This document shows positions 51,478 to 64,000 of a stretch of DNA of 64,000 nucleotides, one piece after another. The DNA is from Utricularia gibba. Its lineage: Eukaryota > Plantae > Magnoliophyta. How positions within the stretch are numbered: position 1 is the first letter of the stretch; each line of letters starts with the position of its first letter. Where the stretch lies: contig CM007991.1 of the NCBI GenBank assembly GCA_002189035.1, forward strand, positions 5,146,001 to 5,210,000. Direction: 5' to 3'. The notes beneath the pieces are model-generated. The model was not told the DNA's origin and did not search any database. It was given only the letters and a program-made list of their open reading frames with translations. The position numbers were made by a program, and so were the translations under genes.

Positions 51478-52217
51478 GTGCTGCTATGCTGAATAGGTTG
51501 GAAGAAGTAGTGGCGAGGCTAGAACAGCAAATCGCACATCTCAGGCAGGAGCCTAAGGAGGTTATCAAACTAAACATCTTAACTTACTCATTTGCTTAGG
51601 TATCTTTTCAACAATTTATTTTTATTTTCTTTTCTTTGTTTTCAAAGAACATTTTATGATGTTTACATTTTATGTGGGTACGTCTATTTAGGAAAGAGTC
51701 TTTCATAGGTTTGGCTGATTCATTGGGAGTATTTGCGTGTTGAGTTGAACAATAGGCACTCTTTAACCATTATGAGGTCTAGACCGTTCTGATTTGCACT
51801 GCTTATTTTCTTTCTAGAAAAATTGAGCGGCAGTCTTGTGTGTGATCCCTAGTGTCTGCTTGTTAGGTCACTAGAACCGCTTTCCAGTTAGACTTAGGTC
51901 GCTATGTGTCTAGCATTCGGTCAATAGAAAAAAATAGTGAATAAATAAAGAGGCACGCACAAACAAAAGAGTTGTGCTGTAAAGAGTAATAAAATGGAAA
52001 ACTCCAAGGGTGGAATCAGTTTTTGGGAGAAATAAGGATAGGAGATATAAAGTGTAGAGTGCTAAGGAGAGGCATTAAGTCTTCATCTTGGGGGTCCCCA
52101 GAGTTGTTGCAAAAAAAAAAAAAAATCCAGCCCCTACTATAGATTCGAGTTGTGTACGTAGTTGGTGTGAGTGTAGTCTAGCATTAGTTGACAAGAAGAA
52201 CTAATTCGAGAATAGAT
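51478..52217 (+). mobile_element. Athila-like accessory-ORF tail and 3' UTR remnant
   Basis: Coiled-coil-like MLNRLEEVVARLEQQIAHLRQ. UTR blocks (gtgctgtaaa, ggagaaataaggat) match the reverse complement of 40680-40810. Confidence 0.55.
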
Positions 52218-52527
52218 TGCTGGGTTTCTCGTCGACATTGCATGTCAGAAAAACAGCGAAATTTAAAATTTTTCGAGAAACCCCCAACGCAGATCTTGGA
52301 ATACGATATTCATGTCAGAGCACTCCGTTATTCACCAACTGCCAATAGTAGATGGCCTCTATGGTATCCACACGTGAAGCACTCCGTCGATAACCTTCTC
52401 AAGGTCGTAGAATGCTGGTCGATCTCCTTAGGTGCTAGTAGTGAAAATCGCCCCCTTGCGGATCAATCTCAGCGAGCACGAAGATGTTGGAAGTTGATCT
52501 GTAGATCTAAATCTTTTGATAGATATT
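52218..52527 (-). mobile_element. 3' fragment of an Angela-like LTR
   Basis: tgctgggtttctcgtcgacattgcatgtc..., colinear with 38855-39180. Confidence 0.85.
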
Positions 52528-53424
52528 TGATAACTGATGTTGATTCTGCAAGTGAACAGAAACTGTCAAAGTAATAAAATAAAATCGTATCCATAGGGAA
52601 TTGTTATTGGAATTTTCTTTTCAAAACAACGACTTAAAAAAAGACTGAAAACAAAAGAAAGATTTGATTTTGAAGATAATAAGAAAAGTGGCCTTGGATC
52701 TAAGATCCACCTTACTTGAAACTTGCCCTTGCATGTATGCAAACCTTGAGGACTGACCAGCTTGTGTAGTGGAGAGCTTGATGGTAGCCAACAACTCTAT
52801 GCACTAAAAATGACTCTTGTTCTCCTTATGTCAGTGAAAGGAATAAGCTTAATTATTTGATAGGGGATTTTTCCATAGGCAACACTTGCACTATGGATAT
52901 CGATATCTTATCAGATAGGAATCCTAACAATCCTTGCCCTTTCGTTCATAACGCATCATTTCCCTGGATTTTCATACATAATGCTCGAAAATCCTAACTG
53001 ACCCTAGATGCCTTGGTCACAAATAAATTATCAAACATCATATGCATCGATAATTCCACAATATGATCAACATGATCAAAATTCATGCAAAGGCCATCAT
53101 GCCCCACAACTATACAAATATAAACCATCAACATGCTGTGCATATACACGCAACATATGATTCTCGAAAGCATCAATCATCAATCAAATTTCGTGCATCA
53201 TAAGGCAGCAAAACAATCCAACATAATCAGATTTCGTGCATCACTATTATCATGATCGCCGGCAAGGCAACATACCAGAACATCTCACAAAATCACATAC
53301 TATTACGATGATCGCCGGCAAGGCATCTTACGAGAACATCTCGCGAAATCAGAAAAGATTCTAACATGTCACCGACAAGGCAACATACGAGAACATCTCG
53401 TAAAATCAGCAAAGATTCTAACGT
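52528..53424 (-). mobile_element. Athila-like LTR fragment (family F) with a tandem array
   Basis: Begins tgataactgatg..ctgcaagtgaacag..atcgtatccatagggaattg (typical Athila LTR end, reverse complement). About three ~57-bp units atgatcgccggcaaggcaacatac.agaacatctc.c.aaatca at ~53250-53420. Confidence 0.65.
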
Positions 53425-54542
53425 AGCTCAAAAGCAGCGGAATTTTTAACATTTTGAGAAACCCCAAACGTAGATCTTGGAAGACGGTATACATCAGATG
53501 AAGGGATGTTCAAAATACCTTTCAGATGACTCCGTTGTTCACCAACCGCCAATAGCAGACGGCCTCTATGGTATCCACACGTGGAGCACTCTGTCGATAA
53601 CTTTCTCAAGGCTCTTGAATGCTGGTCGAATTTCTCAGGAGCTAATAGAGAAAAACGCCTCCTTGTGGATCAGTCTAGCACGAAGACCTTGGAGCAGATA
53701 TCTAGATCTAAATCTTTTGATAGATATATGTATATGTTCAAAATCTTATCTATATCAGATCTTTTATTTTGAGTTTAATCAATATTGATCTCAAAATAAC
53801 TCTGTATTTAATTTATCCACTTTACCAATTACATCTCATGTAATTATGTCATTCTATTTTATATCAATGAGTGACTCCACTATTGTGTGTGACCCTATAT
53901 GTTTCTTCAATCAAGTCCACAATAATGGATTTATTAATTAACCCCTAATTAATTAAAGCCATCATTATCGATCATGAGTGATGTCTAGCAACATATCACG
54001 ATCCCCAAGATTGAAGAATAATCATGTGAACTGATTGAGCCTTTCCATGACTAACCACCATGCAATGAATAGCTTTCATCATACTTATATCTCATTCGAT
54101 ACCAGAACATGGGTGTGTGTCTTTCTGATGTATCGAACTTATAATTGCATTCGAGCACTAACACTCAATAACCTACTCCAACAATTCGAGTGTCATTACC
54201 TTGGGCCTAGGACTTATTGTTAGGCTTTGATGCAATTACTTGAGATATGATCTCATCGCTAACATGAGTGATGAATCCTTTATTGATCAATCAACTATCT
54301 CCAACCTTAAGGAGTCACATCCCTACTCATCCATACTAGGCAAGCCATGGTTAGGCTCTAGAACACATACACTAACATACGTGCTTGGAGAATCTCACAT
54401 TATGATCTCATCATAATTTCTATAGCACATAGATCAAGTAGAGGATTTTATCAATAATATAAATTTGATCACAATTCAAAGTAAATATCAAAAGATCAGA
54501 TTTGCCAATGAGTTGATTGTCTCTAGAACACATACACCAATA
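53425..54542 (-). mobile_element. Angela-like LTR, rearranged
   Basis: Colinear with 43900-45380 except for an internal jump at ~54358. Terminus ctagaacacatacaccaata. Confidence 0.88.
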
Positions 54543-55066
54543 TACGCATCTAGGGGGTGCCTTGGGGTAAAAAGGGGAAAATCATGCTAATCCATCCTTT
54601 GACCTAATCAACCATAAATCACGCCACTTCCTTAACAAACCAGGATAGATCCAGGAGGGGGAAGTAGTGAAACCTAACTTAACAACCCTAGTTAGAGGTA
54701 GACCAAGAATCCGGGTAGACCTAGATCTTGTGAGTTAGTTGTATGATTTGTTGTTTGTATGAGCTTGTTTAGTGATAAGCATGCATCCCTAGGAGTCCCA
54801 AGGCATCATCCATTTCATTCCAGAAACAACTGAGCTCCAGAACTTATTACTTTTCTTTACTGCATTCCATCCTTAGTCCTAGTTAAGACCAATTTTACCA
54901 ATGTGACACTAATTTCATGCATTATTTTTCACATAGCGAGCACCTGCTCTTCGTGTTCGACCTAATCACTATGCTCATAATTGTTTTATGCTAGAATGTG
55001 TATTAGGTTATAAATTTATTTGATAGGAAGATTTACATTTACGATGTGTAAATTTTTCGTTTATCA
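54543..55066 (+). mobile_element. 3' half of LTR family E
   Basis: Matches the reverse complement of 37799-38360. Ends CGTTTATCA. Confidence 0.85.
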
Positions 55067-57377
55067 CATGTGTGCCAGATGTTGCACCCAAAATAAGGAT
55101 GAGATGTAGACTGGAATATATATATGATGGAATGTCAGGTTCTTTCATTTATTTTTGAGTTTTATAAAGACAAGGAGGAGAGGTTGGAAGAAAAGGTTAT
55201 AGTACGTTCGGTGAACGAAGCTTTAGAGTTGGTTTGGAGTCTAAAGTGTTAAGGTATGTAGCATGATTGCTTTTGAAGGTTTGTTTATCTTTGAAATTGA
55301 TTTCTACAAATTTATATGCCTATGTGATATTGGTGTTTAATTTCTATTACTTTGGATGTGATTATTTCTATACTTTGAAACCTTTTATGTAGCAATATGT
55401 ATCTCTATGTACTATGTGATAAGCGAGATAAGAAAGAATGGAGGAGATATGGACGCATATCTTCAGCAACGTGGTTGTACCACGGGCATTATGGCTCATA
55501 TGTCAGGCATGTCTGAGACACCATGTATAAGTCGAAGGCCAAAAAGTATGAAAGCTATGCAAGATATAATATGATATGTTATGTATGGCTTGAGTTTGTG
55601 ATTTTATGGTCGGAGGTGGCTCTCCTGAGCATGGAACCATGGACAAGGGCACCTTATGTCTCACCTATCATGGACAGATAGCAAGGCCAAGGCTAGATGG
55701 ACATGAGAAGTGAGAAAAGACAGCTATGGGGACTCACAATGTGTTTCAAGTTTCTTTTATAAACCCTTTATGTTCTTTCTTGATCTTCACTTGTTTTAAA
55801 ACTCAAAAGCATGACCACTCTTTTTTTAATTTTAGGGGAAGAAGAGAGACAGTAGAGGTTGATAACACCGTTTTTATTGCACTTTTATATATGTTTTTAA
55901 GTGTGTTTTGTAGGGTTAAATGTTGTTTAGGGTGCTAAAATGTCTTCTTTTGCGTATTTGGACTGTTCAAAAGAGTTTATTGTGAAAATAGGCTCAATTG
56001 GCAACAATTGAGCCGAAAACTCTAATATTTCGTCTAATTTGTGTTTTAAGTCTTACTACGGTGAGAGCTAATATTGTAGCAGCGTACTTTCTACGTTGAC
56101 AAGTCAGAAGGGACAAAAAAGTGTGCAAAAGCCACTTTCCGCCGAAAGTAGCCGCCCTTCTGAAGAGATAAGATATGGAGAGATCTCCCTTCTAGAAGCC
56201 TGAGGAAAAGACCAAGCTGCCCTTACTTTTGAGCAACAAAAGGGAAAAAGGAAGGGAGAGAGAAAGAGAGTACAGTGTGCACGCAGAGTGCATAGAGAGC
56301 GCACAGAGAGCGAACTGGAGCGAGCGGGAGCGAGAAGAACTTCATTTCTCCGGCGAACGTCTCCGGCGACCTCCAGATCTACTTGTTTACATCGTCTTTG
56401 CGCCTAGAAACTTGATTTCTAGCAGATCTTCATTTTCTATTTTCTGCACTTCTATTTCGTTTACAACTAGCTGCTGTTTCCTTCAACGTTTACATGCTTT
56501 CTGTTATGTTCTTGCACCTTGTCGTGAACGATAAATCCTTTGTAGACCTTATTTCTGTGTTTATAATCATGTTCTTGACTAAGCCTTTCATGTTTGCCTT
56601 TAAGTTTAACGCACTTTTACTGTTCCTGCGAACCATGCTCTGTTTCTGCAAACTATTACTCTGTTTTTAAGCGTTCCAAGCTGGGTTAAGCCTATAAGCT
56701 CTCATGAGTGACACGAGAGGTAGATCCTGGTGTAAAACCCAGCCAAATTACTTTTATTTTATGTTTTCTGCACCTTCACGTTAATCTCAGTCCCTTTTCA
56801 TCCCTGCAACTCGTTTATTTTAGTAAATATTATTTTAGATCATACCCGCATTAGAACTAAACCCCAGAAAATCCCCTTGTTTTCAGTAAATGCAATGAAG
56901 TTCAAGAAATTACAATCATTCCCTATGGATTCGACCCTTGCTTGTCACACTACATTAATTCCTGTGATTTGTGTAGTAGAATAGCTAGGTTTATAAATTT
57001 CTTTTGATGCGTTGAATGTGCTAGACTGCGACATTAAGCAACTCATTTCAAACGTTCATCAGAGGTCCAGTGATCAACCATGCTTTTCATAGTTCTATGA
57101 ATATGAGTATATAGTAGTGCAGCTTGTTTACTAGGTTTATATAAGCATGATATATGTATGTATAATATACTTTTCGTTTTGAATCTATTTCATTATGAAC
57201 TTATGAATTATGTTATACAAAAGTACTTGGACAAAGTCTTATATCTAGTTTACGTATATAATTACCCATTTAATGTTATTAGATCGTGTAATGAAAGACA
57301 CCCTGAGTTCTAGTGTTTTAGCTAGGACTGGGTGGTCACGACTCATCTTTCTCAGGCCCTAAAAGTGGGTTGTGATA
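55067..57377 (+). mobile_element. Tekay/Del-like LTR remnant split by solo LTR B
   Basis: Ends gggttgtgata (cf. Tekay GGGTCGTGACA). Contains a ggggactcac motif. Continuous across the GAGGT TSD. Confidence 0.5.
55860..57061 (+). mobile_element. Solo LTR family B (1202 bp)
   Basis: TGATAACACCG...GTTCATCA with perfect TSD GAGGT (55855-55859 / 57062-57066). Confidence 0.94.
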
Positions 57378-57384
57378 GTTTATG

Positions 57385-57884
57385 TTGACAAACTAGCTGC
57401 TGTTTCCTTCTACGTTTTCATGCTTTCTGTTATGTTTTGGTGTCTTGTTGTGAACGGGAAATCCTTTGTAGACCTTATTTCCACTTATGAACATGTTCTT
57501 GCTTAAACCTTTTGTGTTTGCCTTTAAGTTTAACATGCTATTTACTGTTCCCGCGAACCCTTGCTTCTCTGTTTTCAAGCGTTTTAAAGTTGGGTTTAAG
57601 CCTATGGGCTCTCTTGAGTGACACAAGAGCTAAAACCTGGTGTAAAACCCAGCAAAAATCACTTTTATTTTTTGTTTCCTATACATTCACGTTACTTTCA
57701 GCCCTCTTCATCCCTACAACTCGTTTGTTTCAGTTGATGCTATTTTAGGTCTTACCCACGTTAGAACTAAACCCCAGAAAACCCCCCTGTTTTCAGTAAA
57801 TGTGATAAACTTCAGGAAATTACAACAATTCCCTGTGGATTCGACCCTTACTTGCCACACTATATTAATTCCTATGATTTGTGT
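57385..57884 (+). mobile_element. Partial LTR family B (3' half, last ~70 bp missing)
   Basis: Matches ~56460-56975 and joins coding sequence directly at gatttgtgtg|gaccc. Confidence 0.85.
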
Positions 57885-59299
57885 GGACCCAGCGTCATCG
57901 CACCAATAACCCAACAGAAGCTCCTGTTCCCACTGCGCATGAGCCATCTCTAGGCATCGCGGCCGAGTCTGTTCCAATTGAGGCCACACCTCTCACCATT
58001 GTGTCTCTGGTGATGTACCTAAAGTGGTACCCAGTCCCTGCTACTGCTGCTGTTGCTATTGACGAACCAGAATCTTCAGTGCCAAATTCCCCAGCAGCAA
58101 TTTCTGCTCCCGAGAGCCCACAGCCCACACAACCGGAGGAAATTGCTGGAGAAAAGGGTAAGGAACCTGCAATTCCTATTATTCACTCACCCTCCTCTCT
58201 AGTACAAGACGAAGACGAAACTAAAGAGATCACCATCGATGAGGTGGACCTCTGGATTTTTGAAATGGAGCATGCCGCTAATGAAGGGCCATGCCTAGAG
58301 TTCCTCCCCGGAGAACAGGATGTTGATGAGGCAACTCAACCCACACAGCGAGGTAAAGGACAGCGCGGTTGCACAAAATTCTGGCGAGACCGAGCACTAG
58401 AGTCCCTTGCTTGGACTCAACTGAAAAACACTGTGAAATTTTCAGATAAGAATGCTCAACTCCTATTTAATCTCTTGACCTCGCGCAGAATTTTGTTTGA
58501 TTTTAAATTGCATACGCCTACATTGGTGCATCTGAATCTACTTGCTGATATTAACCGTTTATTTGATGCTTCTCTTGAGTGGCGTAAATTTTCTGAAATT
58601 AGCTTGCCGGTTTATCCTAAACTTATGTTTGAATTTTATACAACTTTTGTGTTTGAGGATGTGGCTGGAAATCCCCTTGCTGAGGACTTGATTTCTTTCC
58701 GCCTTGAAGGCAAAAACTTTCGTATGTCTATAAATGATTTTAATGTGGTTCTAGGCTTTGTTTCTGAATCTGATTTAGTCACTACACGTTACCTCCAAGC
58801 CTTTTGTGATTATCCTGAACATTTCAATGTGCTGAATGCTTATGCTTCAATGTCTATCTGCGAGCCCCCATATTCTGTGCGCAAACTCAAGGCCCATTAC
58901 TTGAGGGCACTTGCTCTTTTAGTCTTGAACAGGTATTTGGGAAGCTGTTACAGCGCAACCCGACAAGGCACCAGCATCATTGCCAAGGTTATTGTGTTCT
59001 TTCTGTGAGCAATGATGAAGAAGCTCCCCATCAATTTGGGATGGTGGATCGCAACTCAAATGCACTCCATCACCACCAAGAATGAGAGGGTGCTCCCATT
59101 TGCTTCTCTCATCACCAAGTTCGCCCAACATCTCAAAGTGAACCTGGAAAAGCACACCCCTGAGGTAGATAATCATTTCCGTTATCTGGATTTGGATGAC
59201 TTGTTTTCTTGCAGCTACCTGAAAGAGGTTGAGGGAAGGCTATCTTTGTTCAAGCAGGTACCAAAAGTACCATCACTTCCATGCCCCCCTCAATCGTGA
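57885..59299 (+). pseudogene. Athila accessory (env-like/ORF1-like) ORF, 5'-truncated, one in-frame stop
   Basis: Open 57881-59008, then TGA (FFL*AMMKKLPINLGWWIA), then same frame to 59299. Domain motifs VYPKLMFEFYTTF, ISFRLEGKNFRMSINDFNVVLG, VLPFASLITKFAQHL. Confidence 0.8.
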
Positions 59300-60354
59300 A
59301 TCCCTATGGTGCACCAACAGACGTTCCTTTGAGCACTGCACCCTCAAGCCCCACCAAGCACACCCTACTGCTTGCTATTCAGAGTCTCCAGGAACAAGTT
59401 TCTGCGCTTTCAACGAAGCTGGACACTCTTATGGCTTCTGCTTCACACTCCCGCATGCCCCATGACTAAGGTACCCTCCGCTACACTTGATGATGAGGAC
59501 ATCCTCAAAATTAAGTGTGGGGGAGGAGTTTATGTCCCTTTTTATTTTCTAGTATTTTCTGGGCATTAGAACTTACATGTTAAACCATGTTGAATTTTTT
59601 CTGATTTCGTGCTTCATGTTTAGTTTTTCCCCTTTTATGTTCTTGTTTGTGAAAAATCCCCACTATGCTCCTCAAGTATATTTGCTTCCATGAATAAGGC
59701 TAGAATTTTTAGATTGATCATGCTTAGGTTCATGAATTCCTTGCTGCTAGGAAAATACTTTAATTATTTTTCTTTCTAGATATCAAGCTTTTGTTGCATG
59801 ATTTAGGAAAGACCATACCATGACTATGATTACATTTTCATTCTTTGTATATATTATGTTGTGAATAAATTTTTGCTGCTCCTATAGTGACCAGATCGAG
59901 ACTGAAAATATATATATATATATATGAAAAAAAAGAGAAGAAAAAAAATATAAGGGGTGCCAAAGGTAAGGATGTTTGGCGAAGTCGTGGTTAACACCAC
60001 ACATAAGGTTTCGTAATCCAAGCATTCTTCCCCAAAGCGGGGACCTCTATCTGAAAAAAAAAAAAAAAGAGAGAGAGAGAAGAAGGTCTTGAGTCACTAT
60101 ATTGTATGTTCTTTACTGTTTTTACCTTGATGATGTTAATGTATAAGTAGTCATTGGTTAAGTCTTTACCTGATGCATGCAAACTTGAGTGGCTTGCCTT
60201 AATTTGATTGAAGGATAGTAAAAGAATTGGAGTGAATGTCTCCTCTAGGATGAATGTACCTTAGTAATGCATCATGACTTACGTTCTACCCTTTTTCGTG
60301 GATTGCTATGATTTTCATACTTGAGGACAAGCATGATTTATGTGTGGGGGAATA
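59300..60354 (+). promoter_or_regulatory. Athila 3' UTR with an internal PPT-like motif and the terminal PPT
   Basis: tgaggacatc..aagtgtgggggagg at ~59493-59526. ttgaggacaagc..tgtgtgggggaata immediately before the LTR at 60355. Confidence 0.8.
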
Positions 60355-61671
60355 TGTTAAGTGTCATTTTCTAGTTATTATTTAGGTATTATTAGGTGTT
60401 AATCTAGTCTTAAGTCGCCCAATTAGGAGTATTAGGATTAAGTATTTGATTTTTATTAGAAATCCCTATTTTCCTATTTTGTATATACTTTCTGTCTTTT
60501 TTCTCACACTTTGACCGAAACATGTCAGAAGACTGTCATGGAGTATTGCAGAAGTATTGCAGGCGGTCAGACTCTAAGTTTTCGTGTCTTGTACGTGACT
60601 TGGAACGATTGTGGGCAGAAGACTAACACTAGTCAAGACCCCTGACTTACGGCATGTCAGAATCTGCAGCAATGATTGGGCGCAAACTTGCACGCAAAGA
60701 AAGTCTGGTGGCACACGCAAGACAAAAGGAATGATGGGAAGGGGACCCAAAGGATTTAATGCACATGGAGAGTCATATGAAAGTCACTTGAAGCACTTAG
60801 TTTAAAACTTTTGAACCTTTTCGCACTTTAGCTTTGTACTTAGAACTTTTGAGTTCTTCCCCCCTCCAAGGAGGAAGAACACATAGCTTTCAATTTCCTT
60901 TCTGTTTTCATGTCCCTTTCGGGTAAAAATCTTTAGTTTCTAAGAAGTAGATGAAGTTTACTTCCAAGTCCTGAGCAATACACTCGGTTCTTTGCTGAAT
61001 TCAATTTGGATTCTGCATACTTCCACGCATCTTGTTACAGTCTTTCTATAACGACTCCTAGTCAATGTCCATGAGTAGCAGGCCACTCCTCACGGATTTT
61101 GGTGAAGATCAAGGTGATGAGCACCAACTCCAACCCTGCTGGTTCGAGGGAAGTAGCAGATTGTTTGTGGCCTAGGTACCGCGACAGTGGACAGGTTGTG
61201 ACCTCGGACCTACCAATGGCCATTGGCAACAGCTGGGCACACGCGCGCAATTCGGTTATGAAGGCAATCGAAGGCAATCCTCTTGTCTTCCTAATCGTCC
61301 AAGGGGGAATCACATGAGGCTATTCCCGTGCCTCCTTGCCAATCAGAGTGTAAGGGAGAGTAGGCTATTCCTTGCTCCTATAACCAGCTATTCGGAAAAA
61401 ATCAATGAAAACCGAGGCAAGGACGTACAAAGGAAGGAGATGGAATCTTATTCTCAGGAACTACATACCATAGTCAAGACCCATCACTTAGGTTGTAACT
61501 TTTATTTATGCATCTTAAAAACCCCCTTTTGCAAAACCGTGACATTTTGTGAAAGTTTCTTACAAACACTTTTCACGAAAAACAACTCCCTGAAATCGAT
61601 ACTCGTACTATGCTTTTTGTGTTTTATGTTTTATAAATATTTAAAATTTTTTGAGGAAACAACACGCAACA
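60355..61671 (+). mobile_element. Complete 3' LTR, family C (1317 bp)
   Basis: TGTTAAGTG...CGCAACA, preceded by the PPT. Homologous to 11325, 40081 and 50734. Confidence 0.85.
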
Positions 61672-62079
61672 ATTACGAAAAGGGAAAAATTTTTGTTTTT
61701 CCCACCTTCCGCTGTGTGTAACCCGATTGTGTGTCAAAGCTCCAATTCAATTCTTGTGCATGCATTGTCTTCTTCTGAATCAGCTGTTTCTCAGGCTTCT
61801 CAATTGAAGGTTTCTATCTTTGCTGAATTCTAGATGTTGGAGGTTAGTTTCAATGTGACGCTGGAACTATTTCTCCTCTAAATACTTCTCTTGGAAAATA
61901 TGAAAGTTCTTGCCAGAAAATCTCCTTCTCAAGGAGGGCACTCCTTTTCATCTCTTTAGCTTCCCTCCATAATCCCCCCTTTCTTTCTGATTTTTTTCCT
62001 TTTATACTTACAATCACATTATGCTAGTCTATCCTTATCCTAACTGTAAAAATTGTCAATATCCTACTTTTTTGCTATA

Positions 62080-62200
62080 GCATATCTTCTTTTTTGACAC
62101 AGGAAATATCTTTTCTTATTAATTACAATTTTTGGCTGCATCATATCTTTTCTAACACAAGAAATATCCTTTCTTCTTAATTCATCATTTCGGCTACAGC
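62080..62200. repeat. About 59-bp diverged tandem duplication within decayed repeat DNA
   Basis: catatctt..acaca.gaaatatc.tttctt.ttaatt...ttt.ggct occurs twice. Confidence 0.6.
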
Positions 62201-64000
62201 AAACTTGTAATTCCACTTCTGGGCAATAGCATACATGCAATTCCACTGTTGCTTATGTTCTAAAAATATCTTGCAGACTATTAGTTCACCCAACCCAACT
62301 CAAATGGACTAGATCCATATAGACTCAATGGAATAGTAGACCCACATTAGCATCAAATTTAAAGGGAAATTGGGTCGATTTAAGTTTAATTTATGCAAAA
62401 TTGGAATCCATATGCTTTGGGCTATTTCTACCCTTAATTTAAGTATTTATAGACTATTTTTACTCAAACCTAAGTATAAAAATATCAAAATAAAACAGAG
62501 CATCAATGCTTATGCACATTTGCTCAACTTTAACATACAAAATTGATGAAAAACAAAAGAAAACAAAAATAAAAGATGTTGGACTCGAATCTAAAACTCC
62601 TAAACTTACTAGAAGACTTTGGAAGTCCTCAAAAGCTTGATAATATGGTTTTTATATAGATGGGAAGACCTACTTGGATCCGATTCGACAACAGATTGAC
62701 TCATACTCGATCAGATCCAGTTGTCCCATGAGTTGTTAGGGTAACTCTATTTAGTTGTGTATTTTGACACTTCCATGTTATTGGTTGAATACTCAAGTTC
62801 CACAATAAAAAAAAAAAATCTTATCCCATGCAATTAATTCAAACTAATAAATTAATTCATACCCAATGATTGTCCCAAAAACCAACATCGATCCTTTAGA
62901 TGTCTACTGATTATATTTGGTTTATCATAGCCCCTCTAAACACTCACTCTCCTACCTTGAAACACAAAAAACAAGTGATCATGTTATTGGATTTTTAAAA
63001 CAAGGAGAAATAAACACACATAAAAGTGAAATAATAATAAAAAAAAACATTCACTTCGGAGGAAAAAGAAAATAAAAAACTTTGCATAACATAAGTTCTC
63101 ATATATATATTCTCATTGCTTTACGTATCAAGCTTACGCATCACTCTCAAATGCAAACCAATGTTCTCTTGTTTAATGACCTCTCTCTCAAAGCCTCAAG
63201 TAAAATGTTACCCAACCAAAATCCAACACGATCAAGTATAAGGCATGCTTACATGACATAAGTAGCTCTCTCTTTTTCGTCTCGCACATGTTACTAGCAA
63301 CATGCATCCACACCTCCACATGTTTTCTAACTTTTATGCGCGTGGAACACATCAATTGCACAATCTAGATTAAACTTACATAATCTCCTCTTTGTTTCAA
63401 AAAACTTGTAAAAATTGTTGAGGGGTGGAAAATAAATCTCTTTCTACTATTCCAAAGGAGCACGAGCCAATAAAACCATCCTGCCCGAAAAACTCTAGAA
63501 AAAGAAAGGAAAATCATATTTAATTCCTTTCTCGTATTTCTTCAATTGAGCTAGATTCCACCCGACAAGCCTTGAAGAAGATACAATAAGCTCCACAAGG
63601 TAGATCTTGTCGAGGATGCGGTCGATAGGGTACTCCGTCGTCGAACGACCACTCAATGAGCATAGCACATGTAAGTTGACATAACCTTTTCCCAAGATTA
63701 ACCAACGGGTATTTAACGTCATCCCAACACCTGGTAAGTCATGTGGATGCCAAGTTATCATGTGTCTGAAGCATATCCTTGAAATGAGGAAGTATGTTGA
63801 TACTGGTAGAAAACAATGTAAAAGGATAGAAGATGAAAGTAAGAAAACTGTTTTTTTAATAATCTTTTTTATAGGTATATAAAAAAGAAAGATTAAGAAA
63901 CAAGGGACTTTTGGTCCTTTGACTTTTGATTATTGGGCAAACCTATTATGATATATATTGCTAGTATATATGGTGGATAGAGTATATGGTTGGTAATATA

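Noticed and set aside
53190-53424. CRISPR-like array
   Set aside because: Eukaryotic context, the units diverge along their whole length with no unique spacers, and there are no cas genes.
52188-54223. Recurrent short ORFs such as MEHSVDN.. and M.LSMT.HHAMN..
   Set aside because: They recur only because they lie in copies of the same Angela-like LTR. Their lengths vary with mutations and they have no known domain.
63495-63761. 88-aa minus-strand ORF with EYPIDRILD (chromodomain-like)
   Set aside because: Resemblance is limited to a few residues and no integrase motifs are nearby. It cannot be supported without a search.

Overview
AT-rich plant nuclear DNA. A small gene island at about 13.7-23 kb holds two minus-strand genes: an intact 8-exon SMP/C2-domain gene (NTMC2T5/tricalbin-3-like, 649 aa) and a 13-exon nucleolin gene with an apparent 1-nt frameshift in an A-run. 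A complete 3.9-kb PIF/Harbinger element (TIRs, ATT target duplication) sits about 60 bp upstream of the nucleolin TATA/telo-box. Its Myb/SANT ORF is intact and its transposase is disrupted. The rest of the window is nested, decayed transposons: a hAT relic, a truncated CRM chromovirus, two oppositely oriented Athila-like elements with accessory ORFs, and many solo or fragmentary LTRs. The LTRs fall into Athila-like families that I label B, C, E, F and G, plus Angela-like copia and Tekay-like LTRs. Five solo LTRs have perfect 5-bp TSDs. I found no intact LTR retrotransposon, tRNA gene, rRNA gene or CRISPR array. All family assignments come from by-eye motif recognition, not database searches.
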